Shown here: positions 18,711-27,034 of the stretch, one piece after another | Layout of the letters: the number at the start of each line of letters is the position of its first letter | Numbering within the stretch: the stretch's first letter is position 1 | Source: Myxococcota bacterium | GTDB lineage: Bacteria; Myxococcota_A; UBA9160; SZUA-336 | Direction: 5' to 3' | Assembly: GCA_965247115.1 (NCBI GenBank) | Contig: CBDFGR010000001.1 | Coordinates: 192,001 to 256,000 of the forward strand | DNA length: 64,000 bases | The notes under the pieces: model-generated | Seen by the model: only the letters and a program-made list of their open reading frames with translations | Databases searched by the model: none | What the model was told of the DNA's origin: nothing | Program-made: the position numbers and the translations under genes

Positions 18711-19874
18711 ATGCCCGAGCGCGTCGAGAGCACCCAGACTCTTCCCTGGCCGGTAGAGCGCGAGCTCCCCGGGGTCACGCGCGCGCTGCCGGGGGGCACC
18801 GTGGTCGTGTCCAGCGACAGCCACTGGCTCGAGCCCGAGTCGTTCGCGGACTACATGCCCGAGAAGTTCCGGGACCGGGCCCCTCGCGGACACTTCGACG
18901 ACTCCGGCTACCACTTCGAGATCGACGGGCGAACGACGGACAACCCGGCCATTCCCAGCAAGTTGATCGAGGGTCGCGCCGGAATGTGGGATCCCGAGGT
19001 TCGGCTGCAGGAGATCGACTCGGAGCACGTCGACAAGGAGATCCTCTTTCCTCAGCGGATGCTGGGCGTCATCCGCAGGAAGTCCCGGGAGATCCTCGCC
19101 GGTGAAGCCGAGCTCCGCCCCGATCTGGGTGACATGGAGTACGTCCAGGCGTGCTTCGACGCCTACAACGAGCTGCTGGCCAAGTTCTGCGCCACGCACC
19201 CCGACCGCTACCACGGCGTCGGACTCCTCAATTACTGGGATCCCGACGCGACACGCGACGAGATCCAGAAGATCAAGGCGCTCGGGTTGAAGGGGGTCAT
19301 GCTGCCCACGCTCCCCCCCGGAGTCTTCTACAACTCCAGGAAGATGGAGGGCCTGTGGGACGGAATCGAAGCAGGCGGACTCCCGCTCTCGTTCCACGTC
19401 GGCGAGACGTTTGACGCGCGCGGACTCGGCGGGCTGGCGACGACCATCGTCGTCGCGCTCCAGCCGTATCGGCGGCTCTTCGCGCTGCTGACGTACTCGG
19501 GGATCCTCGAGCGACATCCGGAGCTGAGGGTCGTCTTCACCGAGGGCGGCATCTCGTGGGTGGCCGCGAGCCTGTACGACTTCGACCGCATCTACACGAG
19601 CTTCGAGTCGGAGATGAACCCCAAGCTCGCGCGGAAACCGTCGCACTACTGGTTTCAGAACTGCTTTGCCACATTCATGGAGGATCCACCCGGACTGCGG
19701 CAGCTGGATCTGATCGGCTGGGACAAGGTCATGTGGTGCTCGGACTACCCGCACCCCGAGAGCACCATCGGCTACTCCCAGCAGTCGATCTGGGACATCT
19801 TTGATGCCACGGAAACCGTGGAGCAAGCGCAGGCCATCGTCGGCAAGACGGCCATGAAACTCTGGCGCCTATAG
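18711..19874 (+). CDS. Amidohydrolase family 2 protein
   Basis: SSDSHWLEP, LPLSFHVG, GILERHPELRVVFTEGG, MWCSDYPHPES; RBS GAGGAG. Confidence 0.9.
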   Translation: MPERVESTQTLPWPVERELPGVTRALPGGTVVVSSDSHWLEPESFADYMPEKFRDRAPRGHFDDSGYHFEIDGRTTDNPAIPSKLIEGRAGMWDPEVRLQEIDSEHVDKEILFPQRMLGVIRRKSREILAGEAELRPDLGDMEYVQACFDAYNELLAKFCATHPDRYHGVGLLNYWDPDATRDEIQKIKALGLKGVMLPTLPPGVFYNSRKMEGLWDGIEAGGLPLSFHVGETFDARGLGGLATTIVVALQPYRRLFALLTYSGILERHPELRVVFTEGGISWVAASLYDFDRIYTSFESEMNPKLARKPSHYWFQNCFATFMEDPPGLRQLDLIGWDKVMWCSDYPHPESTIGYSQQSIWDIFDATETVEQAQAIVGKTAMKLWRL

Positions 19875-19976
19875 CAAACGCCTACGGGGACCCGCGAGCC
19901 GCGAGAGGTCGTTCCCGCTTGACCTCTGCGCTATTCGATGACCTACTGGGCCGCCTATTCTCAAGGGAGGACCGTC

Positions 19977-20372
19977 ATGTCGATTACAGCTGCTCAGGCG
20001 CAGACCGTGATTAATGGAGCGCTTGCCAAGGGCAAGGAGCTCGGGACGCCCGTGACCATCGTCGTGGTTGACAGCGGCGGCGATGTCTCGGCAATCGGCC
20101 GCATGGACGGGGCCGGCGGCTTCAACTTCGATCTCGCCTACGGCCTGGCGTACACGTCGGCGAGCTTCTCCGCCACCGGCGCGCAGCTCGATGGCATCAA
20201 GGACGAGAACTGGTTCCGGGCGGCAAGCACGATGCGCGGCGGCCGCTTCATGGTGGCCAAGGGCGCGCTGCCGCTGCGTCAGGGCGACCAGGTGATCGGG
20301 GCAATCGGAGTGAGCGGTGCTCCCGAGGAGGACGACCTGGCGATCGCCGAGGCAGGTGTCAAGGCACTCTGA
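19977..20372 (+). CDS. GlcG/HbpS-family heme-binding protein (copy 2)
   Basis: Close paralogue of 17302-17724; RBS GGGAGG. Confidence 0.85.
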   Translation: MSITAAQAQTVINGALAKGKELGTPVTIVVVDSGGDVSAIGRMDGAGGFNFDLAYGLAYTSASFSATGAQLDGIKDENWFRAASTMRGGRFMVAKGALPLRQGDQVIGAIGVSGAPEEDDLAIAEAGVKAL

Positions 20373-20530
20373 GCGCGGCGATTAGCAAGGCGGGCGTAGG
20401 TCTCCCTTAACCGAGACCGAGCCCAACGTGGCAGGGGCCGCGCCGACCCCGGGGGGAGCGCTGCGCGGCGCAAGGCCAGGGTACGTGTGCACGCGGGCTC
20501 CCCGGGTATACTCGGCCGCGGGAGGGGCCT

Positions 20531-22222
20531 ATGAGTCACGACATCGTAATTCGAAACGGGACGCTGATCGACGGAACCGGGGACCCCGGCCGCCGCGCCG
20601 ATGTCGCCATCCAGGGCGACCGGATCGTCGAGGTGGGCGACATCGAGGGGACCGCCGCTCGGACCATCGATGCCGCTGGCCGGGTCGTGACGCCGGGCTT
20701 CGTCGACATCCACACCCACCTCGACGCGCAGCTCGCATGGGACCCGATCGGGTCGTCGTCCTGCTGGCACGGGGTGACGTCGGTCGTGCTCGGAAACTGC
20801 GGGGTCACGTTCGCACCTTGCAAGGTCGACGACCGCGTCTACCTCGCAGAGCTGATGGAGTCCGTCGAGGACATTCCCGCGGACAGCATCCTCTCCGGTC
20901 TGCCGTGGACCTGGGAGACCTACGGGGAGTACCTGGACGCGCTCGACGCCCTCCCGAAGGGTCTCAACGCGGGGGGGATGGTCGGCCACTGCGCCGTCCG
21001 CTACCACGCCATGGGCGAGCGCAGCCTCGAGGAGGCGCCGGCCGACGCCGACGACCTGGAGCGCATCTGCGCGCTCGTCGACGAGGCCATCGCAGCCGGC
21101 GCGCTCGGGTTCTCGACCTCGCGCACGTACATGCACCGCGTTCCCGACGGGCGCCCGGTGCCCGGAACCTTCGCCGCGCGCGAGGAGCTGCTGGCCATCG
21201 GTGCGGTGCTCGGCCGGCGCGGACGCGGCGTCTTCGAAGCGGCCCTGCGGCTCGGCGAGCGCGACAACGCGGAACTCGACAACACGCGCGCCGAGATCGA
21301 GTGCATGAGCACCCTGTCGCAGCAGAGCGGTCGCCCGGTGACCTTTGGCCTGAGCCAGAGCTACCGGCGCCCGACCCTGTATCGTCGCGTGCTCGACTTC
21401 TCGTCGGAGGGGAACGCGCTGGGCGCCAAGCTGCGCCCTCAGACCACCGGCCGCGGCATCGGCGGCCTCATGGGTCTCCAGGCGCGGACGCCCTTCCACG
21501 CCGCGCCGGAGTGGGCCGAGCTCTTCGACCTGCCCCTCGCCAAGCGGGTTGCGGCCCTGCGCGATCCCGCGCGGCGCCAGCGCCTGGCCGCAGCAGCAAA
21601 CCAGCTCGATCTCCGCTTCGACTTCGACTCGCTGTACGTCCTGGACGCGAAGGAGCCGCGTTACGACTGCCAACCCGAGGACAGCCTCGCTGCCCATGCA
21701 CAGCGCCGCGGCGTCTCGCCCGTCGAGGCGTTCATCGACCTCTCGATCGAGTCCGAGGGTCGCGTGCTCGTCAACTACCCCGCCCTCAACCAGAGCATGG
21801 ACGCCGTGGCCGAGATGCTCTCCGACCCGATGGTGATCCTGGGCCTGGCGGACTCGGGCGCGCACGTGGGCCAGATCATGGACGCGAGCCAGCCGACATG
21901 GCTGCTGAACTACTGGGTAAAGGAGCGCGCGCTCATGACCCTCGAGGAGGGCATCCGGCGCATGACCTCCGACACCGCCGCGCTCTTTGGGATTCGCGAC
22001 CGCGGCGTGGTACGCCCGGGGGCCTACGCTGATCTGAACGTGATCGACCTGGACGGGCTCGAGCTACACAGCGCCGAGTATGTCAACGACTTCCCTGGCG
22101 GCGCGGGCCGCTGGATCCAGCGTGCCGACGGCTACGCGCACACGCTGGTCAACGGTCGGGTCTTCATGGAGAACGGTGAGCATACCGGCGAGCTAGCGGG
22201 GGTAACGCTCCGGAGCGTGTGA
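20531..22222 (+). CDS. N-acyl-D-amino-acid deacylase family amidohydrolase
   Basis: PGFVDIHTH.D, HGVTSVVLGNCG, DSGAHV, RGVVRPG..ADL. Confidence 0.9.
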   Translation: MSHDIVIRNGTLIDGTGDPGRRADVAIQGDRIVEVGDIEGTAARTIDAAGRVVTPGFVDIHTHLDAQLAWDPIGSSSCWHGVTSVVLGNCGVTFAPCKVDDRVYLAELMESVEDIPADSILSGLPWTWETYGEYLDALDALPKGLNAGGMVGHCAVRYHAMGERSLEEAPADADDLERICALVDEAIAAGALGFSTSRTYMHRVPDGRPVPGTFAAREELLAIGAVLGRRGRGVFEAALRLGERDNAELDNTRAEIECMSTLSQQSGRPVTFGLSQSYRRPTLYRRVLDFSSEGNALGAKLRPQTTGRGIGGLMGLQARTPFHAAPEWAELFDLPLAKRVAALRDPARRQRLAAAANQLDLRFDFDSLYVLDAKEPRYDCQPEDSLAAHAQRRGVSPVEAFIDLSIESEGRVLVNYPALNQSMDAVAEMLSDPMVILGLADSGAHVGQIMDASQPTWLLNYWVKERALMTLEEGIRRMTSDTAALFGIRDRGVVRPGAYADLNVIDLDGLELHSAEYVNDFPGGAGRWIQRADGYAHTLVNGRVFMENGEHTGELAGVTLRSV

Positions 22223-22318
22223 GTCCCGACACCCCTCCTCCTCTTGGGGCAGCGAGATCCGCGAGCACCTCCACCGACTCCAGTGTACTCGCCTCGGTGC
22301 CTGGCACCTGGAGGTCTC

Positions 22319-23209
22319 ATGCAGATCGACGTGTTTCAATCCATGTGGGCGATGGAGCGGCGGCGGCCGGACGGCAAAGAGTGGAGCCTCGAGGAGAAGA
22401 TCGAGCGCATCCAAGCCGGCGGCTTTGCCGGGGTGGACGTGTACTCCACCCCCAGCTACGCGCAGGAGCGGGACCGTTGGATCGACTCGCTCCTCTCGAC
22501 GGATCTCGACATCACACTCTGCTCGTTCCCCTCACCCAAGGAGGGCCTCGAGCCGACGATCGAGGTCGCGAAGTCGATCCGCGACCGGGTCCGCTACATC
22601 AACCTGATTCCCAAGGTGACTCCGAACGACCTCGAGCACTGCGCCCGACACGCGCGCGACTGGTTGGAGCTGGGTGCCGAGGCCGACATCCCCGTGTACA
22701 TCGAGACCCACCGTCACTGCATGACGAACGACTTGATGTTCACCTTGCACCTTCTCGAGGCGGTCCCGGAGCTGATGATGGTCGGCGATCTGTCTCACGT
22801 CCTGGTGAACCAGGAGTGGGGCGGCATTCCGACCGAGGCGCCCGAGGACGTGCTGACCGCCGAGGAGCACTCGTATCTCAGCCGGCTGCTGCGGCGTGTC
22901 GAGTCGTTCCAGGGACGCGTTGCCACGCGTGAGCAGATCCAGATCCCGCTCGACTCCTGGCAGAGCGAGAAGTGGTACACGCTGTTCAAGTCGTGGTGGG
23001 AGGAGGGCTTCCGCTGCTGGCGGGATCGACACCGAGACGAGCCGGACGCGCGCTTCGTGTTCCTGTGCGAACTGGGCCCGCCGGAGTACGCCCTGACGGA
23101 CAAGGAGGGCTGGGAGTTGTCGGACCGCTTTCTTGAGGCGCAGGTCATCAAGCGCGACGTTGAGGCGCTCTGGCAGCGCCTGGACGAGGAGGAGGGATCA
23201 GCGAGCTAG
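22319..23209 (+). CDS. Xylose-isomerase-like TIM-barrel protein (sugar-phosphate isomerase/epimerase family)
   Basis: QSMWAM, ETHR...TNDL, DLSH, F.CELGPPEYA; RBS GGAGG. Confidence 0.75.
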   Translation: MQIDVFQSMWAMERRRPDGKEWSLEEKIERIQAGGFAGVDVYSTPSYAQERDRWIDSLLSTDLDITLCSFPSPKEGLEPTIEVAKSIRDRVRYINLIPKVTPNDLEHCARHARDWLELGAEADIPVYIETHRHCMTNDLMFTLHLLEAVPELMMVGDLSHVLVNQEWGGIPTEAPEDVLTAEEHSYLSRLLRRVESFQGRVATREQIQIPLDSWQSEKWYTLFKSWWEEGFRCWRDRHRDEPDARFVFLCELGPPEYALTDKEGWELSDRFLEAQVIKRDVEALWQRLDEEEGSAS

Positions 23210-23223
23210 AGCCTTTCGACCGC

Positions 23224-23385
23224 TCATCGCTCGCCCACCCGCTTCGCGCGGGCGTCCGCCAGCAGGCACAGCATCTCGAAGTACAGATGCGTGCCGGTGA
23301 TGGCGGTGACGTCGCCACCGCCCTCGAGCGGCGGAGAGATCTCCACGAGGTCGGCGCCTTTCGTCTCGGGGTAGCCAGGCATTGT
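23224..23385 (-). pseudogene. 3'-terminal remnant of an agmatinase/ureohydrolase gene
   Basis: GADLVEISPP...TAITGTHLYFEMLCLLA resembles the agmatinase C-terminus; no upstream part. Confidence 0.65.
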
Positions 23386-23588
23386 CAACGGGTGGAAGCC
23401 GACCAACCACTGCGCCTCGGCCTCCGATTCGGACTATTGGCGTCTGTACTGATCGTTGACTTCCCAGTTCGCGCATGGTGAAGTAGTAATTAGGAGAAGG
23501 CGACGAAGGCCAGTTGCCGATACGCAGGGCTCCGCGATTTGCAGCGTCGGGGGTACGGCGTTCGTGAGCCCCCGTATAGGAACTGAAG

Positions 23589-25049
23589 GTGTCGCCCTCG
23601 GTTCCTCTTCCGCTGCTGGCTGGTCTAGCATTGCTCATCTATGTCAGCCCCGCCCGGGCAGACAGCGCCGTGAACTTGCTCGAATCGGCGGGCGCGAGTA
23701 GAGATCGGTCCGTTGTTGTAGACATGTACCGTGCAGCGGCGGAGCAGTGTGACCACGGAGCCGCCGAGGCCTGTTACACAGTCGCAGCCGCTCTCAAGGG
23801 CCCTCTAAGGAGCCCGGAGGGTGCAGACAGGCTCATCCGCCGGGCCTGCGATCTCGGTTATTCCTTCGCATGTAGCCAGTTGCTTCAGGCTGCGACGCCC
23901 GCTCCAGAGCCCGCAGGCGACACGCGTTTGGTCAAGAAGGAAGACGAAGGTGATACAGCGTCACCGTTCGGTGTGCCTGAGAAGACCTCTGTCGGGAAGG
24001 CTGAAACCAAGCACACTGGAGCTGCTGAACAGGGCGACGCCGATGCCCAGTTCAACCTTGGCCTTCTGCATTACAACGGCAAGGGCGTACGGCAGGATTT
24101 CGCCCAGGCCCGGAAGTGGTATCTGAAGGCCGCCGAACAAGGCCATGCGGATGCTCAGACCTTCCTAGCTGCGATGGACTTTCTGGACAGAAGACTCGAA
24201 GCAGCGAACATGGAGTTGCAGGATAACGAGAAGCGAAACGAGAGCGACAGAAGCAAGATAGCGGCACTTGAGAGCGAACTCGCACTAGCCGAACAGACGC
24301 AAGAGGAAGTCGGAAGAGAGATCGCACAAAAGGAGCAAGAGAAGGAGGAACTGGAGGAACAGATACGGGGGGCGGGAACGACTGTCGCTGAGGCGCATCA
24401 GGAAGTCGGGGCAATCCAGCAGCGCTTTGACAGGCTGCAACAGGAAAAACAGGGGGTGAGACAGCAACTCGATGCAAACGAGCGAGCTCTCGGCGAAACA
24501 TATTTCGACCTTGGGGCCATGTCTCTCCAGGAAGGGGTGGACCACCCACGCGATTTGGAAAAGGCGCGGGAGTTCTTTCTGAGTGCCGCCGAAGCGAACC
24601 ATGCCAAAGCCCAGTACAACCTTGGCATCATGTATAGCCAGGGCCTGGGCGGGCCGCAGGATTTCGCCGAGGCGCGGAAGTGGTCGCTGATGGCCGCCGA
24701 ACAGGGACTTGCAGAGGCCCAGTACCTCGTCGGCGCCATGTATGTCGAAGGCGACGGCGGGCCGCAGGACAAGGCCGAGGGTCAGAAGTGGCTTCTGAAG
24801 GCCGCCGAGCAGGGATTCGCGGACGCTTCGTTCCTACTTGGCATGGAGAGTCACTTCTTCAATGAAGACTACAAAGCGTCCTACGTTTGGTTCGATGTTT
24901 CCGCCTCACAGGCGGGGCTAACCTTTGGCTATGAATCTGCGAGAAACAATCGGGACCTTGCGCGCGCCAAGCTTAACCCTGCTTCTCTTGCCGAAGCTAG
25001 GACGCTTTCAAGGCAATATCACCAGAGCTACGTGGAGCCGTTTCAGTAA
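23589..25049 (+). CDS. Secreted Sel1-like repeat protein with central coiled coil
   Basis: Repeated AAEQG.A.AQ.NLG..Y..G.G..QD...A..W; E/Q-rich heptad segment; visibly more AT-rich than flanks. Confidence 0.85.
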   Translation: MSPSVPLPLLAGLALLIYVSPARADSAVNLLESAGASRDRSVVVDMYRAAAEQCDHGAAEACYTVAAALKGPLRSPEGADRLIRRACDLGYSFACSQLLQAATPAPEPAGDTRLVKKEDEGDTASPFGVPEKTSVGKAETKHTGAAEQGDADAQFNLGLLHYNGKGVRQDFAQARKWYLKAAEQGHADAQTFLAAMDFLDRRLEAANMELQDNEKRNESDRSKIAALESELALAEQTQEEVGREIAQKEQEKEELEEQIRGAGTTVAEAHQEVGAIQQRFDRLQQEKQGVRQQLDANERALGETYFDLGAMSLQEGVDHPRDLEKAREFFLSAAEANHAKAQYNLGIMYSQGLGGPQDFAEARKWSLMAAEQGLAEAQYLVGAMYVEGDGGPQDKAEGQKWLLKAAEQGFADASFLLGMESHFFNEDYKASYVWFDVSASQAGLTFGYESARNNRDLARAKLNPASLAEARTLSRQYHQSYVEPFQ

Positions 25050-25238
25050 AGCTTCCCGAAGGCTGCGCTCAGCCTCGACGTACTCGCGTAGGGCGTTCCG
25101 AACACTTTGATCGACTTCTGAGAGTTCTCGATGTGCCTCTCGATACCGCGCGAACCAAGTCCATCCGATTCGACCTACAAGGAGCACGAACCCCAGCGAG
25201 AAGAGATGCTCAATCCAGGCAACCACTTCATTTAGCAT
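25008..25238 (-). CDS. Hypothetical small membrane protein
   Basis: One TM followed by a charged helix; overlaps Sel1 gene 3' end. Confidence 0.3.
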   Translation of the reverse strand: MLNEVVAWIEHLFSLGFVLLVGRIGWTWFARYREAHRELSEVDQSVRNALREYVEAERSLREALLKRLHVALVILP

Positions 25239-25328
25239 CGATCAGCCCCCCAAAGCGGGGCTTCGGCAGGCTGACACACCTAAAGCGACTAGCAGCCTAC
25301 AGAGCCCGATGTAACCCCCCGAAACTCT

Positions 25329-25379
25329 TGGTCGGGGCGGCCGGATTCGAACCGGCGACCTTCTGAACCCCATTCAGAC
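25329..25379 (-). repeat. att site: 51-bp duplicate of tRNA-Pro 3' part
   Basis: TGGTCGGGGCGGCCGGATTCGAACCGGCGACCTTCTGAACCCCATTCAGAC identical to 31580-31630; no D-arm or 5' acceptor strand. Confidence 0.95.
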
Positions 25380-25589
25380 CGGCTCCATCGACGCAAGCAC
25401 ATAACCGACTGGAATCGTTGAGGTTGTCCTCTCTCCCCCACCTGCGACTCATCCTGGGACAGCGCTTGGACATCGCTTCGGGTCACCGGGAGTGCCGAGA
25501 CGCCCGTTCCGCCCGTTAGAGCGACCGGCGCGTGACTCGGGCGATGCGGCGTCCTTGGGCTCCCGCTTCAGTCGCTCGGCGACGCCTGA

Positions 25590-25758
25590 GCAGCTCCGTG
25601 TCTGCCCACTGCGCGGTGTAGGCCTGGCTGCGCTCGAGAGTTGCCGGGACTTCCCGCCAGCCGCGCTCGCGCAGGTCTCGACCAATAACACCCCAGATCA
25701 CGTCCTGCGCCCAACGGATCTCCGCCATGTCGTACCAAGGAAAGCTCGCCAGTCCCAC
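25590..25758 (-). pseudogene. 5' remnant of a PhnD-like substrate-binding protein gene
   Basis: ASFPWYD..EIRWAQD.IW....L.....P..L.R.....W....LL resembles the family N-terminus, then similarity stops. Confidence 0.5.
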
Positions 25759-25833
25759 GCGGCCAGCTTACCCGCCGGGGCAAAGTGTTGACGTCGTACC
25801 TCGCTTGTGGTTTGGTGGGCGAGAGGACGAGCC

Positions 25834-26388
25834 GTGTCGATGTTCCGGACTGCTGTCCTAGCCGCTTCCCTGATCGCGTGTGCCACTCTCAGCGCGGAAG
25901 AAGTTCGCAGCCGCGTCGTGGGGATCGATGCGCAGAGGGTCGTCAATTGCTTGGGGCCCCCCCTGAGCCTGATCCCCCTGGGGAGCGAGAATCACCAGCT
26001 CTGGGTCTACAACGCGGCCTTGCCCCGGCCCCGCGGGGGGAACGATCCGGTCTATGGCCAGCGCCAACGGGGAGCTGTCCTGAGGTACAAGGCGAAGCGG
26101 CTGACCGGGGTCGACCGGATGCCGAGGCCGCCTTCGATCAGCCTCCCAGCGGGTGATCGCCTACCGGGCTTGTCGGTGCCGTACGCAGCCCCGCAGGGCC
26201 GCCCCACCTCGAGCGGTCGCCAGCGGCCCGACACTGCCAACGGGGTCTGCCGCCTCAGCTTCGAGATACAGAACGGCGTCGTCGCCGACTTCAGGGCCGT
26301 CGGGCGCAAGCACAGTGGCATGAACGCTGACCGCCGCTGCTCGTGGGAGGTGCTCAAGTGCATCCCGTCCCAGGCCGCCGAGGAGTGA
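25834..26388 (+). CDS. Hypothetical exported/lipoprotein
   Basis: RBS GAGGA, LIAC lipobox-like, CLGPP...WVY...CRLSFEIQNGVV. Confidence 0.55.
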   Translation: MSMFRTAVLAASLIACATLSAEEVRSRVVGIDAQRVVNCLGPPLSLIPLGSENHQLWVYNAALPRPRGGNDPVYGQRQRGAVLRYKAKRLTGVDRMPRPPSISLPAGDRLPGLSVPYAAPQGRPTSSGRQRPDTANGVCRLSFEIQNGVVADFRAVGRKHSGMNADRRCSWEVLKCIPSQAAEE

Positions 26389-26803
26389 GCGAACGCCGGA
26401 TCCCCCGGGCGAGCTGCTCGTGCAGGCCGACCGCGTGCCTCGTGCGCATCGACGGCTGTGTCGGGCTATCGCTCCGCTCGCTCGCTTACCCGGCCGCGTG
26501 GTCGAGTGCGTAGAGCCCTAGAGGTCACGCAGGCGCGCAGCGTGACGGACGCACCTGACCTGCGCACATTCCCCTTGTCACGGCTCAGGTCAGCAGATCG
26601 ACCCCCGGGGACCCCCTTTTGGCGCTTGTCTCCGCGTAAGGAGTCCCTGCCGAGTTGGTCATCGCCCAGTTGAAATCCTGCTATCGCATTATTGTGTAGT
26701 CATGAGTAGGAAGGGGGAACGAGTGGTGAGCGAGTTGGATAGATTGGGCGGCGGAGGGGTTTGAACCCCGGGACGAGTGCCATTGGGGTAGGCTTTTTTG
26801 GAT

Positions 26804-27016
26804 ATGCACGAGGATACGTACGATCCCCGAGATCTAGCGCGTCGCCACTACCGGGAGACTCTCTGGCTCCGCAACATCCTGGAGTCTGTTGCGAGGGAGC
26901 TGGAGCGGATGGCGGCGAGGGGGCAGGGAGAGACTCGAGTGCTTCTTAGCCGAGCCCGACGGGCGCGGCAGCGGCTGCACCAAGGCGTGCCGGAGGGGTG
27001 GACGGCGGGGCGATGA
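26804..27016 (+). CDS. Small helical hypothetical protein
   Basis: 70-aa ORF with amphipathic helical pattern. Confidence 0.4.
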   Translation: MHEDTYDPRDLARRHYRETLWLRNILESVARELERMAARGQGETRVLLSRARRARQRLHQGVPEGWTAGR

Positions 27017-27034
27017 GATGGGGGCTAACGCCCT

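Noticed and set aside
25329..25379. Second tRNA-Pro gene
   Set aside because: Only the 3' 51 nt are present; D-arm and 5' acceptor strand are missing, so it is an att duplicate
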